NCBI GenBank assembly: GCA_038087875.1
Contig: JAXLNO010002167.1
Coordinates: 1 to 64,000, forward strand
From: Malacoraja senta
Taxonomy: Eukaryota
DNA length: 64,000 nt
Direction of reading: 5' to 3'
A program made the position numbers and the translations under genes. The notes under the pieces were generated by a model, which was given only the letters and a program-made list of their open reading frames with translations, had not been told where the DNA came from and ran no database searches. Positions 53,201 through 63,054 of the stretch are shown piece by piece. How positions within the stretch are numbered: position 1 is the stretch's first letter; each line of letters starts with the position of its first letter.

Positions 53201-56200
53201 TAATGTCATATTTCCTTTAGCAGGGTGACCAAAACTGAACACAGTACTCCAAATGCGGACTCACTAATATCTTACACAACTGTAACATAACGTCTATACT
53301 CAGTGCCCTGACTGACGTAGGCCAATGTGACAAATGTTTTATTCACCATCCTATCTACAAGTGATGCCACATCAGGAAACTATATACTTGTACTCCTTGA
53401 TTCCTCTGCTCTACACTCTCCAGGGCCCTATCGTTCACTGTGAACTGCTCTGCTCTGGTTTGACTTCCCAAAATCTCGCACTTATCTGCATTAAACTCCA
53501 TTTGCCATTCTTCAGTCCACTAGCTCAGTTGATTAATGTCTCCTGTAATTCTTGATAACTTATCTTGGTGACATTTGCAAACTTACTAATCATGCCTTGT
53601 ACATTCTCAACCAAATTGTCAATATAGATGACAAACAGGAAACACAAACTGATAGAAGGATAACAGAAACTTGTAGCTTGGGGTATTGGTACAATCACAG
53701 TTAGCAAGCAGAAAGTTACAAGTGTGTTAAAGGACTCAGACAAGAACAAAGAGCCTGGATAATTTGAAACTTTATATTTTATCGCCATATACCTTAAGTT
53801 TTGAACAGCAAAAGGAATCCTCCCAGATGAGAATCAATCTGCTTTTAGTTTCTATGTTAAGTGGAGTGCGCCTCTCTCTCATGCAGAGTGGACAGAAAGA
53901 CAATTACATTGATTGCAAATGGAATCATGTCAAAACTAAGATGTGCTTTTGTCCAGTTTACTTCATTTTTAATCATACCTTTTGTGGTTCCATTTGCATA
54001 CACAGGCAGTGAAATATAAAGCTGCATAACAGGTGTTGTCTGCACTTGCATCTTCAGTCCAAATGTTGTTGCGACTTGAATGAACATGGAGGACATCTGA
54101 AATACTATTATTTCGCCTGTTTAAAGAGAAAAACCAATGCTTCAGCTCAACTATTTACTCAGCACTGAGCCAGGGTGTAGGACAACATTCAACATATAGC
54201 AAGACATTCTTTACCTGTTTTCATTGGAATTCCAATAGCCTGTCCGTTCAAATACACCTTGCCATCATTGCTGAACACATAAGTCGTCTGCAAGTAAAAT
54301 GGGATGCGTATCATTGCAGAGAGCACGCGGATAGAACTACAATACTCAACAAAACAAATGGTTTTCCGTATTCTCACCTGATTTATAGTGAGGGCAACTC
54401 GCTGCAAACAAGACTGTTCAAAAATTGCTTGACACTGTCGGATATCGATCTTGATGGTCCAGCTGTTTGTCTGTTTGCAGGTGGGGAACAAAGTTAACAA
54501 ACGAAATTTTAACATTAAGAATCCTGCCAGCAATGTGACTATGCTTAGCATTACAAGGTTACAAACTTATTTCAAGACAGTTATGGGTAGAGAATCTCAC
54601 GTACAACCACAGCGTAGTATGAACAATCTCCAATTATACTGTAGTAACTGTTGTCGAACGTTGTAAAATAAGTTGCTTCTTCAATCGAGCATGTGCCAGG
54701 ACAGCTGGGAAGGGAGCATGACCAGATCCCATGTTTGCAAGTGCTGTCGAGAGACAAAGGATCAACAACATAATAACTGACCACTGCCACCAAAATAAAG
54801 GAAAATACACTAGTAGGAAACTCTACAATGGTCAACTCATACCATGACTGGCAGGATGTGGTTCTGATATCTCCCGAGTTATAAAACTGCCCACCATATT
54901 CACAAGGACATTCAGTTTTGCTGACGCATTTTTTGGAACCTCTTATGTTATCCAGAAGATGGCCTTAAGTTTTGAGAAAAATATTTAAATGCATTAATTC
55001 ACAGTACATACTTTTAAATTAAAGTGGCAGAGCATTATGTTGTCCCTGCTCCAGCTTTATTTTAACAAAGATTATTTTTAACATTGATCAGGAAATATTG
55101 TCTTCAAGTTCTTTCTAGAGAAAAGAAACATAATGAAATCCATTCCCTGCCTGTCAGATAAGGTAGTGCATGGTGTCAAGGCTAAATGTCATCAAAAATG
55201 TATACTGGTCCAACAAAAGCTTTTTTTACTCTATCTTGGTACACATGACAATAATAAACCAATGCCAATACTAATACACATTCTGGTAGGACATATAGAG
55301 TCAATGGCAAGAGTCCTAGGAGCACCGATGAGGGACACCCTGAGGTGCAAGTCCATGTCTCACTAAAGGCGACACAGGTGGATAAGGCAGTGAAAAGGGT
55401 ATTTAGTTTGCATGCCTGCAAAGGCTGAGGCATTGAGTATCAGGTTTAGGATGTCCTATTGCAACTCTCCAAACATTATTTAGACTGCTCCTGGAGTACA
55501 ATTCTGGATAGAATTGAACACTTCAGCAAGTGTTATCCCAGCATGCCCAAAATCTTCTTATTTCTACGATCCATTCTTTATAAACAGAGTTTAACATTTG
55601 GGAGTGGAGACCTGAGTTTCTATTGGAATCGCAACACAAATCCAGTGGGATATCAGCACCGACATTTAGAATCACTTGCTGGAGACTTGTCCCCAAATTC
55701 ATGATTGAAATAATTAGTTGGGGACTTGACAATTTATTAGTTCAGTAGAGAGCAAAGGAATCTGCATCTGAGCGGAAGAAAGATAATTAGACTTTTCTCC
55801 CTAATGTTTTGATATGTAAACTTGGATTATTTTTGCAGTAACCCATGTCCTGCTACTGCGGGACAATCATTTATTTGGCATTGATTCCATAGTGATTACT
55901 GCCCCAGGGACCTGCCAGCACAAAATTCCAATGGTTTGCCACGACAATGTCAAGGAGTAGCGTGGGAAGTTTATATGGCCTAAGGACTCCACAAACATAG
56001 AATTATAAAATCGCACATCATGGTAACGGGTCCTTTCAGCCCACCTCGTCCAGGTCGACTGTGATGCCTATCAATGCTAATCAAATTTAACGGCAATAAG
56101 ACTTAACTATCTTGCCTTGCCAATCCCTGCAACCACTGCTCTAATGTGGCAGAGTTGGATAGGCATGAGATAACTTGCATCCTCTTTTTCTGTTAAACTT

Positions 56201-59200
56201 GCAAAGTAACCATAGCTGGCCAGCGCAGCATTTAGCACCCATCCCCAATTGCCTTGCCTGGCATGTAAAAGGCAATTAAAAGACACAAATACATACATTG
56301 TCGTTCACATTGTCTAGGATCATATTGTGGCTACATCAGTCAAGGACAGCAAATTTCCGTACCTGAAGGACTTTAGTAAACCAATATCTCTGCTCTACAA
56401 TCACAATTACTAATACTTGTATCTAAGATTTTGATTAGGAATTTAATTTTCCCAACTGTAATGATGACATTTGAATTTACATCTCCAGATTAATAAACTC
56501 AGACATGTAAATTAAAGTCCAATAACTGACATACTGGGGGTGGGATATTGCAACCTTCACATGATCCACCCTGTTTTGACTAATGCAATCAACCCGACAT
56601 GCAAAAACAAGATCAAATAGAACAAGTTGACCTACAACTTTAGGCTGGGCATGCTATATGCAAGGAGACTGAGACACTTGGCCACCTTATACTCTTATTA
56701 TATATTGGGGGTTCAGTATTGATGTGGATAGAGAACTGGCTGGCAGACAGGAAGCAAAGAGTAGGAGTAAACGGGTCCTTTTCAGAATGGCAGGCAGTGA
56801 CTAGTGGGGTACCGCAAGGCTCACTGCTGGGACCCCAGCTATTTACAATATATATTAATGATTTGGACGAGGGAATTGAATGCAACATCTCCAAGTTTGC
56901 GGATGACACTAAGCTGGCGGGCAGTGTTAGCTGTGAGGAGGCTGCTAGGAGGCTGCAAGGTGACTTGGATAGGCTGGGTGAGTGGGCAAATGTTTGGCAG
57001 ATGCAGTATAATGTGGATAAATGTGAGGTTATCCACTTTGGTGGCAAAAACAGGAAAGTAGACTATTATCTGAATGGTGGCCGATTAGGAAAAGGGGAGA
57101 TGCAACGAGACCTGGGTGTCATGGTACACCAGTCATTGAAAGTAGGCATGCAGGTGCAGCAGGCAATGAAGAAAGCGAATGGTATGTTAGCATTCATAGC
57201 AAAAGGATTTGAGTATAGGAGCAGGGAGGTTCTACGGCAGTTGTACAGGGTCTTGGTGAGACCACACCTGGAGTATTGCATACAGTTTTGGTCTCCTAAT
57301 CTGAGGAAAGACATTCTTGCCATAGAGGGAGTACAGAGAAGGTTCACCAGACTGATTCCTGGGATGTCAGGACTTTCATATGAAGAAAGACTGGATAGAC
57401 TCGGCTTGTACTCGCTAGAATTTAGAAGATTGAGGGGGGATCTTATAGAAACTTACAAAATTCTTATGGGGTTGGACAGGCTAGATGCAGGAAGATTGTT
57501 CCCGATGTTGGGAAAGTCCAGAACAAGGGGTCACAGTTTAAGGATAAGGAGGAAATCCTTTAGGACCGAGATGAGAAAAACATTTTTCACACAGAGAATG
57601 GTGAATCTCTGGAATTCTCTGCCACAGAAGGTAGTTGAGGCCAGTTCATTGGCTATATTTAGTTGGGAGTTAGATGTGGCCCTTGTGGCTAAAGGGATCA
57701 GGGGAGAGAAGGCAGGTACAGGATACTGAGTTGGATGATCAGCCATCATCATATTGAATGGCGGTGCAGGCTCGAAGGGCCGAATGGCCTACTCCTGCAC
57801 CTATTTTCTATGTTTCTAACCAATTTATAATGATGTACCCTTCCACAAAACCTGCAAACACCATTTAGACATCTTCTCAATATATAAATTGCAGTGTGAT
57901 CTGAAAATTTTCCAAATAATAGTAACGACTTTTCTTCCATTCATTGTATCCTTGGATTTATAGATTCTTGCCTTGAAATTAAAATATTTATGTCCACACC
58001 CTCAATTCTCTGTACTATTCTTTGTGCTGTTCCCCTTCCTCCAATCTAAACAAGTTCAGGTGTCGTATATGTTTCTGCAAAGAAATATGGCAGCTCTGTG
58101 GTGCAGCAGTAGAGTCGCTGCTTTGTAGTGCCAGAGACCCGGGTTCGATCCTGACTACAGGTGCTGACTGCATGGAGTTTGAACATTCTCCCTGTGTTTT
58201 CTCTGGGTGCTCCGGTTTTCTCCCGCACTCCAAAGACGTACATGTCTGTAAGTTAATTGGCTTGTAAAAAATTGTGAATTGCCCCTAGTCTGTAGGATAG
58301 TGTTAGTGTGCAGGGTGATCGTAGACTCAATCGGCCGCAGGGCCTGTACCTCTAAACTCACGTTGTATCTCTAAAGTCTAAAAAATAGGTAAAATAAATA
58401 GGTAATAAAGAAACAAAAAGAAAAGGAACTGGCAATCTCTTACCTTCTGGACAGACACATGTACTCACACACTGATCACACTGCAGTTCGGGATTTGGAT
58501 CAGTACAGGTTGGAATACAGGCAGAACCACATTCCTTATAAATCTGATTTCTTGGGCAAGTGGGCGGTGCTGAGAAAGAAAAATGTTGCTACATTTATCT
58601 CTTACACCATACACAATGTATTTGAATAATAAAATATAACGACATCCACTGGATCCGCTGAATGAAAACTACCTACCACACCCTGTCTCATTTCTCCAGT
58701 TTTTCCACATGTTATTCAGTCCTCCATTACATCGCCGTGCCATTTCTTCAAAAAAAGCACATTCGCACCTTGATGTTTTACAATTGCAGACATCTGCCTG
58801 ACACAGTTTCCAGTATTCGGCTGTCACTTCGATCTCATAACATGAAAGGAACAGTGAAGAAATCGGTTGGCAGTTCTGAGGATGACAAAAATCAGAAGGA
58901 GAGAAATACTGTCAATAAACCAAAATCCAATTCATTTGGTAGGATCCAAAAAGATGTGTAGCCAACTGCTCTGGATATTGAGTCATGTGAAATAATGAAT
59001 TAATTTTTACAGGATTATTCAGTCAATAATCTAAAGAGGAATTAAATCAAAAAACTCTTACTGGAAGGATGTTGGTGATTTCAGGTGAGGTGCGGTGTGG
59101 GGACTGCCACTGTCATTTCATCAGATTTTGGGATGAAAATGTGAAAGGGAAGGTTTTGAACTCTTGGAATCACAATCACACCTGATAGAGTTCTTTCTGC

Positions 59201-62200
59201 TCAGAAACCACATGCCAGCATGAAAAGGGGAGCTTGGCAACTCCTACAAATCTGCACTAACGCAGAGCCGACATGCCGCAAGTTCCAGTACCCTTCATCA
59301 CACTCACAAAACGAGGTCTTGCTGAATGATAACGCGCCTCATTCGCAGGCGTAGCTGGACACAGTTCCACTACCTATGAACCTATGTTCCACTACCTATG
59401 TATGCTGTGATCACTGACCATGGAAATTTGTGTATAAATATTTTCTTACAACATTGTCTTTGCACAGGTGCGTAGAAAATAGAGAATTTTAACATGACAG
59501 AGAACTCAAGTAGTTAGTCAGAAACACAAATACTGCAATAAGACGTAAACTTTATCTCACACTCTGCTCCAATTGCCTGCATTAATGTCAGAGGTAGCAG
59601 AAGACCATCTTTGAATGAGAAGATCTCTTTTGAGAATGACTGGCAGGTAAAAGTTAATAGCAACAAGTGATAATTACATGGAATTGGCATTGGGGAAACA
59701 TGCAATTGTGTTATATAATTATTTATGTATCAATTTGTCCTGCTTCTCCTTAAATACATTTATTTTGTTTATCCCTTGCAGCATTGGTTTAGAAATGGTC
59801 ACAGTTATGCAAAGAATTACCAGCATTTCACCAAGTAAGTGGCACTGAGCATTTAGTCATAAATATATGCACGTTGCAAATATGCTGGCCACTATTGGAA
59901 GATGGTTCCCCACACTAGGCTTCTCATGAATTAAGCAGAGGAGCTATGGTTGCAGCCATTCTGGACCCTGCCTGCTGAATTCATTGCAGGGCAGAGGGTG
60001 GTCTGCAAAGGGCTCTACATGTGAAATAATTCTTATATTTGTAATTAATTTAATTTTAATTTTAATTAAATGCAATATTTTTTTAATTGCTTGATTGATT
60101 GTAATAATTCTACAATATGCATTTCTGAATGACAGTTCATAACATAGTTAACAACCTGCTTAACCAGGCTATGTGACTGCCAGACTTGCCAGGCAGTTCA
60201 GAGATCAGTGGGCAGATTGGATGGATCAGGAGGAGATGGAAGCCACTGCTTGGAGTGTGAATCATGGTCATTGTTATTGTCAAAATAATGTCCCTCTTAA
60301 CATTCAAAATAGTTCAAAATGCATAAATTTTTCATCCATGCTTGGATGACTACGAGCTTCCATTGTGTTTTAATGTATACTGCCATGAATTTTGTTCCTT
60401 AATGTCAGCCTCAAATCTTCCTAATTTAATTCAAAATCTGAGTAAGGAAGCGAAAAGCTTTGGGTCATAGAAGGAAGTACCAAAAGACCAAAAGTCACCA
60501 TATATCTGGATAATCAATTGTGCTGCATATTAGATTAATTCTGATCACATGTGGGAATCAAACGAGAAAATCTGACAGAATAAGAATAAAAGAAAGCAAA
60601 TTAATTCTGAAAGAATGTTGCTACATTAACACCACCAGATTTTTTTTCAGAACAGGCATATAAAGATTATGGAGCAGTGTTAGTAATTTGACTCTGTTAT
60701 CACAACTCGGTCAATTTTATGTTGCACTTGAGAAATTAAAGGCCAATTAGGAAAACAGAATGGCCAGTTTGTGTGCAACAAAACAGATTGTAATGGGAAT
60801 TAATCCATTAAAGAACACAGGTTTCCATGGTATATTTATAAAATATGGAGCTGTGGAGTCGGGTATATTGGCTCGATTGTAATCGTGGATTGTCTTTCTG
60901 CTGACTGGATAGCACGCTAAAAAAAAAGCTTTGCACTGTACCTCGGCACACGTGACAATAAACTAAACTAAACATGCCGGATCCTTTCTGCATGTATGTG
61001 TGTGACATGGCAAAGTGATACCATTGCTAAACTAAATTGGATCTAATAAGAAAGGTAGATAGAGTGGACCAAGAAAGAAATGGGAGATGTATTTGTAACA
61101 GTAAAATATCTACAAGTGACCAGTAGATTTGATATTTAACCCAAGTTACCAGCTGTAAACTTACAGTGATTGCACTACATGATGACGCTGAAGATGGGTC
61201 GGTGTAACACGTGTGGCCCAGAACATCCAGTTTATTTGTGTCAAGAAAAGTCGCATCTAGATATAAAAAAAACAGCATGTCAGCAATTCCATTGAGATTA
61301 TTAGATTACATATTTACCAAATAGCATTCTAGCAAAATAGAGTAACCAGTTTTACGGCTATTACCATAAACAATGCTGCTGCTTTTGTCAAATGCCCCAC
61401 AAAGGCCACACAGTTGTCCTTGATATTTATCATCAAGTTGTACCTACAAATAGAACAAATTCACATTGTTAGCCAGATGTTTGAGGGAGCACGGGGATTG
61501 ACATTTCCCAAAGTGTGAAAACTACTGGCTTCCATCTCAGAAGTTCTTGTTTCTATCAGGTTGACAATCTTAGTCAAAGATAATAATAAGATGACTGATG
61601 AGCTAACCAGAAAACACAATAAGTTATCAGACCTGTGAAGCTCAAGTGATACAGTGAGGGCTCTGGTTTCCAGTTTGGTTATCTCAGTTCTGATCTAGGA
61701 ATACTTAATAGTCATCATCAATTGATATTAAAATAGAATTTTGTTCTGCTTCCCAGGTCAGAAACAAAAACACTTTAGTTTTAGGTTTTTAGTTCTAGAT
61801 ATATAGTGTTGGAATTGGCCCTTCGGCCAACCGAGTCTGCGCTGACCAATGATCACCCGTTCACTAGTTCTATCCTACACACTAGGAACAATTTACAGAT
61901 GCCAATTAATCTACAAATCTGCACGATTTTGGAATGTGGGGGAAAACCTGAGCACCCGGAGAAAATCCATGCAGTCACAGGAAGAAAGTACAACCTCCGT
62001 ACAGACAGCACCCATAGTAAGGATTGAACCCGGGTCTCTGGCGATGAAAGGCTGCAACTCTACTGCGGCACCACTTTTAACAGATGTATAAAGACATACT
62101 AAGTGGAGGAGAAAATGCCTCGTCAGTTCTAATCAAATTAGATTTTACTCACTCTCTATGTCTGAAATCTCCCTAGCATAGTGATGCAATCTCATTATAA

Positions 62201-63054
62201 AGTAGTATAACCTACATTCACTACATTACTCGGCTAATAACAGGCAACAAAGTCGGGAGCAGTGGCTTATACAATAATAAGAACAATAATAAGAACAACA
62301 TTGAATTGATAGCTATATTAACCACAAAAATGAATTTAAACATAATCCATCTAGTACTTTGCTGCTTAAGAAGGGTCAGTCTTCCCAAAAGAGAGGTTAG
62401 TCTACATCTGGATGAAGGTAGGAAACCTAGCCAAGAAATGTGTTCAGTATATCTGTTACTTCATTCAACAACATGACCAGAATCAACCTAACTTCAATGA
62501 AGACATATTAGAGATATATATTTACAATTGTTATATTTTAGTATTTTTTAATATATGTTTGATATAAAATGTAAATATCTATTTCTTATCAAAAGTAACT
62601 ACAGGCATTTAGTGTTTTACGCAAGTTTGATTTATGCATTTTTGAACTAATGCGCTTGATCGTTGAACACCAAAGCTTGATTTACATGCTTGTATATTTG
62701 GAATAATGAGCTCAAATGTACACCTGGCAGATTCGTCGCATATATGTTCAATTTATGTGTTTTTAAATTTTGTGCTGTATTTCCAGAAATGTAAGTCTGC
62801 ATAAAATGTGAGGTGCCAGCAATTGTTGCCCTACTGAAGAAGATTACCATTACAAAGTTCACATCTCTGGGTAAATATATTTAATGTAAAAACAATTTGA
62901 AAATGGAAGTGAAAGTATCAAATAAAGGTAACCTACCCATAAAGCATCATTACCATTCCAGTTCACTAAAATAGTATGTTTCCTGTTTGAAAGTCTGGTG
63001 TTAACTCCGTGTTTATGGATGCCAAGTACCTTGTCGTTATGTGGAAGACTCACT
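2183..63054 (-). CDS. muc19-like: Partial multi-exon gel-forming mucin, MUC19-like: D1(part)-D2-D'-D3 followed by repeated [Thr-rich linker + CysD] cassettes; both gene ends outside the window
   Basis: About 40 GT-AG exons with compatible phases; CGLCG (D1, D3), GLCG (D2), TFDG, C8/TIL cysteine patterns and CysD WxxW domains; D3 motifs resemble MUC19/PSM as recalled. Confidence 0.9.
3263..3604 (-). CDS. CysD exon, older divergent copy with canonical CC
   Basis: [50 protein letters not shown]...[27 protein letters not shown]; 342 nt. Confidence 0.85.
3765..4340 (-). mobile_element. CR1-type LINE 3' fragment
   Basis: [27 protein letters not shown] motifs and 3' UTR. Confidence 0.85.
5502..5567 (-). 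CDS. Linker exon A
   Basis: [22 protein letters not shown]; 66 nt; donor gtaaga. Confidence 0.78.
5920..5973 (-). CDS. Thr-rich linker exon, type B (intact copy)
   Basis: ctctag|[18 protein letters not shown]|gtaggt; 54 nt, phase 1-1. Confidence 0.65.
6195..6600 (+). mobile_element. Rex1/L2-like LINE 3' fragment
   Basis: [10 protein letters not shown]...LPSGRR-like, [15 protein letters not shown]. Confidence 0.8.
7935..8257 (-). CDS. CysD exon with intact domain but deleted canonical donor
   Basis: [11 protein letters not shown]...[22 protein letters not shown]; the gtaaat donor of paralogous exons is absent and the frame runs to a stop at 7752. Confidence 0.55.
8808..8864 (-). CDS. Array linker exon A
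   Basis: 57 nt, phase 1-1. Confidence 0.8.
9745..10086 (-). CDS. Array CysD exon
   Basis: [114 protein letters not shown]. Confidence 0.85.
10651..10707 (-). CDS. Array linker exon A
   Basis: 57 nt, phase 1-1. Confidence 0.8.
11588..11929 (-). CDS. Array CysD exon
   Basis: 342-nt copy with intact splice sites. Confidence 0.85.
12494..12550 (-). CDS. Array linker exon A
   Basis: 57 nt, phase 1-1. Confidence 0.8.
13438..13779 (-). CDS. Array CysD exon
   Basis: [99 protein letters not shown]... Confidence 0.85.
14344..14400 (-). CDS. Array linker exon A
   Basis: 57 nt; [19 protein letters not shown]. Confidence 0.8.
15286..15627 (-). CDS. Array CysD exon
   Basis: 342-nt copy with intact splice sites. 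Confidence 0.85.
16192..16248 (-). CDS. Array linker exon A
   Basis: 57 nt, phase 1-1. Confidence 0.8.
17133..17474 (-). CDS. Array CysD exon
   Basis: 342-nt copy with intact splice sites. Confidence 0.85.
18039..18095 (-). CDS. Array linker exon A
   Basis: 57 nt, phase 1-1; [19 protein letters not shown]. Confidence 0.8.
18980..19321 (-). CDS. Array CysD exon
   Basis: 342 nt, open, ttttccag/gtaaat; WSAW motif, [14 protein letters not shown] plus Thr-rich tail. Confidence 0.85.
19886..19942 (-). CDS. Array linker exon A
   Basis: ttacag|[19 protein letters not shown]|gtaagt; 57 nt. Confidence 0.8.
20422..20646. mobile_element. GC/CpG-rich MITE of the same TIR family
   Basis: GGCCTGTCCCACTT...AAGTGGGACAGGCC termini. 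Confidence 0.7.
20800..20972. repeat. Palindromic Penelope-type repeat (fold-back) with hammerhead-like cores
   Basis: ~85-bp inverted arms centred near 20886; CTGAAGA-AGGGTCTCGACCC-GAAAC. Confidence 0.7.
21105..21187 (-). pseudogene. Truncated CysD exon remnant
   Basis: tctggtgattcatttattggccaataagggaaat...aaatggaaggaca matches the middle of the CysD exon; both ends missing. Confidence 0.75.
22265..23620 (+). mobile_element. Rex1/L2-like LINE, degenerate RT
   Basis: [53 protein letters not shown]; stops and frameshifts. Confidence 0.88.
23845..23904 (-). pseudogene. Linker exon A copy with dead donor
   Basis: [20 protein letters not shown] followed by GGAAGT instead of GTAAGT. Confidence 0.65.
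23953..24240 (-). mobile_element. tRNA-derived SINE (V-SINE/HE1-like)
   Basis: Reverse complement has A/B-box-like head, conserved core and (ctaaa)n tail. Confidence 0.8.
24898..24950 (-). pseudogene. Deleted CysD exon remnant
   Basis: cattgtctggttattcacattggccactcagggaaatgggcaaattggca fused directly to the upstream-intron homolog; acceptor and 5' half deleted. Confidence 0.7.
25414..25494 (-). CDS. Thr-rich linker exon (type A) with expanded (ACA)n
   Basis: [26 protein letters not shown]; 81 nt, phase 1-1, donor gtaagt. Confidence 0.75.
27065..28405 (+). mobile_element. CR1 LINE, 5'-truncated and degenerate
   Basis: [37 protein letters not shown]; 3' tail ctatgtttc. Confidence 0.92.
30945..31013 (-). 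CDS. First Thr-rich (PTS) exon
   Basis: [23 protein letters not shown]; 69 nt, phase 1-1. Confidence 0.8.
31390..31421 (-). CDS. Mucin micro-exon, end of E3
   Basis: ttgcag|[12 protein letters not shown]|gtgtgt; 32 nt, phase 2 to 1. Confidence 0.8.
31593..31817. mobile_element. MITE, PIF/Harbinger-like, ~70-bp inverted arms
   Basis: TAA-AGGGCCTGTCCCACTGTACGAGGTAATTCAAGAG...CTCTTGAATTACCTCGTACAGTGGGACAGGCCCT-TAA. Confidence 0.82.
32140..32315 (+). repeat. Penelope-type repeat fragment with hammerhead-like core
   Basis: cagtCTGAAGAagggtctcgacccGAAAtGTCacccattccttctctgcagagatgctgcc. Confidence 0.6.
32468..32609 (-). CDS. Mucin exon, TIL-3/E3
   Basis: [47 protein letters not shown]. Confidence 0.9.
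32902..33027 (-). CDS. Mucin exon, TIL-3
   Basis: [43 protein letters not shown]. Confidence 0.9.
34900..35056 (-). CDS. Mucin exon, C8-3
   Basis: [52 protein letters not shown]. Confidence 0.93.
35150..35389 (-). CDS. Mucin exon, VWD3 end/C8-3 start
   Basis: [22 protein letters not shown]...FGNTWK...[30 protein letters not shown]. Confidence 0.93.
36239..36427 (-). CDS. Mucin exon, VWD3
   Basis: [63 protein letters not shown]. Confidence 0.9.
37882..37986 (-). CDS. Mucin exon, VWD3
   Basis: [35 protein letters not shown]; donor gtctgt is weak but phase-compatible. Confidence 0.85.
39641..39779 (-). CDS. Mucin exon, E'/VWD3 start
   Basis: [46 protein letters not shown]. Confidence 0.92.
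40869..41020 (-). CDS. Mucin exon, TIL'/E'
   Basis: [51 protein letters not shown]. Confidence 0.9.
41675..41757 (-). CDS. Mucin exon, TIL' start
   Basis: [28 protein letters not shown]; donor gtgagt. Confidence 0.85.
41843..41895 (-). CDS. Mucin exon, end of E2
   Basis: [17 protein letters not shown]; donor gtgagc. Confidence 0.85.
41979..42225 (-). CDS. Mucin exon, TIL-2/E2
   Basis: [82 protein letters not shown]. Confidence 0.92.
43608..43960 (-). mobile_element. CR1-type LINE 3' fragment
   Basis: [18 protein letters not shown]; same family as 3765-4340. Confidence 0.8.
44044..44170 (-). CDS. Mucin exon, C8-2 second half
   Basis: [42 protein letters not shown]. Confidence 0.9.
45070..45164 (-). 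CDS. Mucin exon, C8-2 first half
   Basis: [32 protein letters not shown]. Confidence 0.88.
47354..47424. repeat. Minisatellite, ~3 x 21 bp, inside an old CR1 3' fragment
   Basis: (cctctgtgtgtaaaagttacc)-like unit repeated three times. Confidence 0.7.
48152..48658 (+). mobile_element. CR1 LINE 3' fragment
   Basis: [19 protein letters not shown]...[14 protein letters not shown]; tail (attgtct)n. Confidence 0.9.
49497..49652 (-). CDS. Mucin exon, end of VWD2
   Basis: [52 protein letters not shown]. Confidence 0.9.
50487..50785 (+). mobile_element. tRNA-derived SINE (V-SINE/HE1-like)
   Basis: ggtggcacagcggtagag...cccgggtttgatcc...aaactaaact. Confidence 0.85.
51830..52795 (-). mobile_element. 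Rex1/L2-like LINE fragment nested in a CR1 fragment
   Basis: 256-aa ORF with [29 protein letters not shown]; CR1 pieces at ~51420-51830 and ~53170-53640. Confidence 0.9.
52856..53172 (-). mobile_element. tRNA-derived SINE
   Basis: (tttag)n tail, core, and ctctaccgctgcgccacc head. Confidence 0.85.
53979..54116 (-). CDS. Mucin exon, VWD2
   Basis: [46 protein letters not shown]. Confidence 0.88.
54215..54287 (-). CDS. Mucin exon, VWD2
   Basis: [24 protein letters not shown]. Confidence 0.85.
54378..54470 (-). CDS. Mucin exon, VWD2
   Basis: [31 protein letters not shown]; donor gtgag. Confidence 0.85.
54605..54743 (-). CDS. Mucin exon, E1/VWD2 start
   Basis: [46 protein letters not shown]; donor gtacgt. 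Confidence 0.88.
54843..54963 (-). CDS. Mucin exon, TIL-1/E1
   Basis: [40 protein letters not shown]. Confidence 0.9.
56700..57818 (+). mobile_element. CR1 LINE, 5'-truncated, RT C-terminal part still open
   Basis: 336-aa ORF: [29 protein letters not shown]; 3' tail ttctatgtttcta. Confidence 0.93.
58088..58382 (+). mobile_element. tRNA-derived SINE
   Basis: ggtgcagcagtagag...cccgggttcgatcc (B box). Confidence 0.85.
58444..58569 (-). CDS. Mucin exon, TIL-1
   Basis: [43 protein letters not shown]. Confidence 0.9.
58677..58875 (-). CDS. Mucin exon, C8-1
   Basis: [66 protein letters not shown]. Confidence 0.85.
61165..61256 (-). CDS. Mucin exon, end of VWD1
   Basis: [31 protein letters not shown]; donor gtaagt. 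Confidence 0.8.
61365..61443 (-). CDS. Mucin exon, VWD1 CGLCG
   Basis: [26 protein letters not shown]; AG/GT boundaries. Confidence 0.9.
61775..62075 (-). mobile_element. tRNA-derived SINE
   Basis: Same family in reverse orientation. Confidence 0.8.
62937..63054 (-). CDS. Mucin exon, VWD1 part
   Basis: ttacag|A..TGG|gtaggt; [39 protein letters not shown]. Confidence 0.85.

Noticed and set aside
56719-57729. 336-aa reverse transcriptase ORF as a host or novel RT gene
   Set aside because: Ordinary 5'-truncated CR1 lacking the endonuclease and the RT N-terminus
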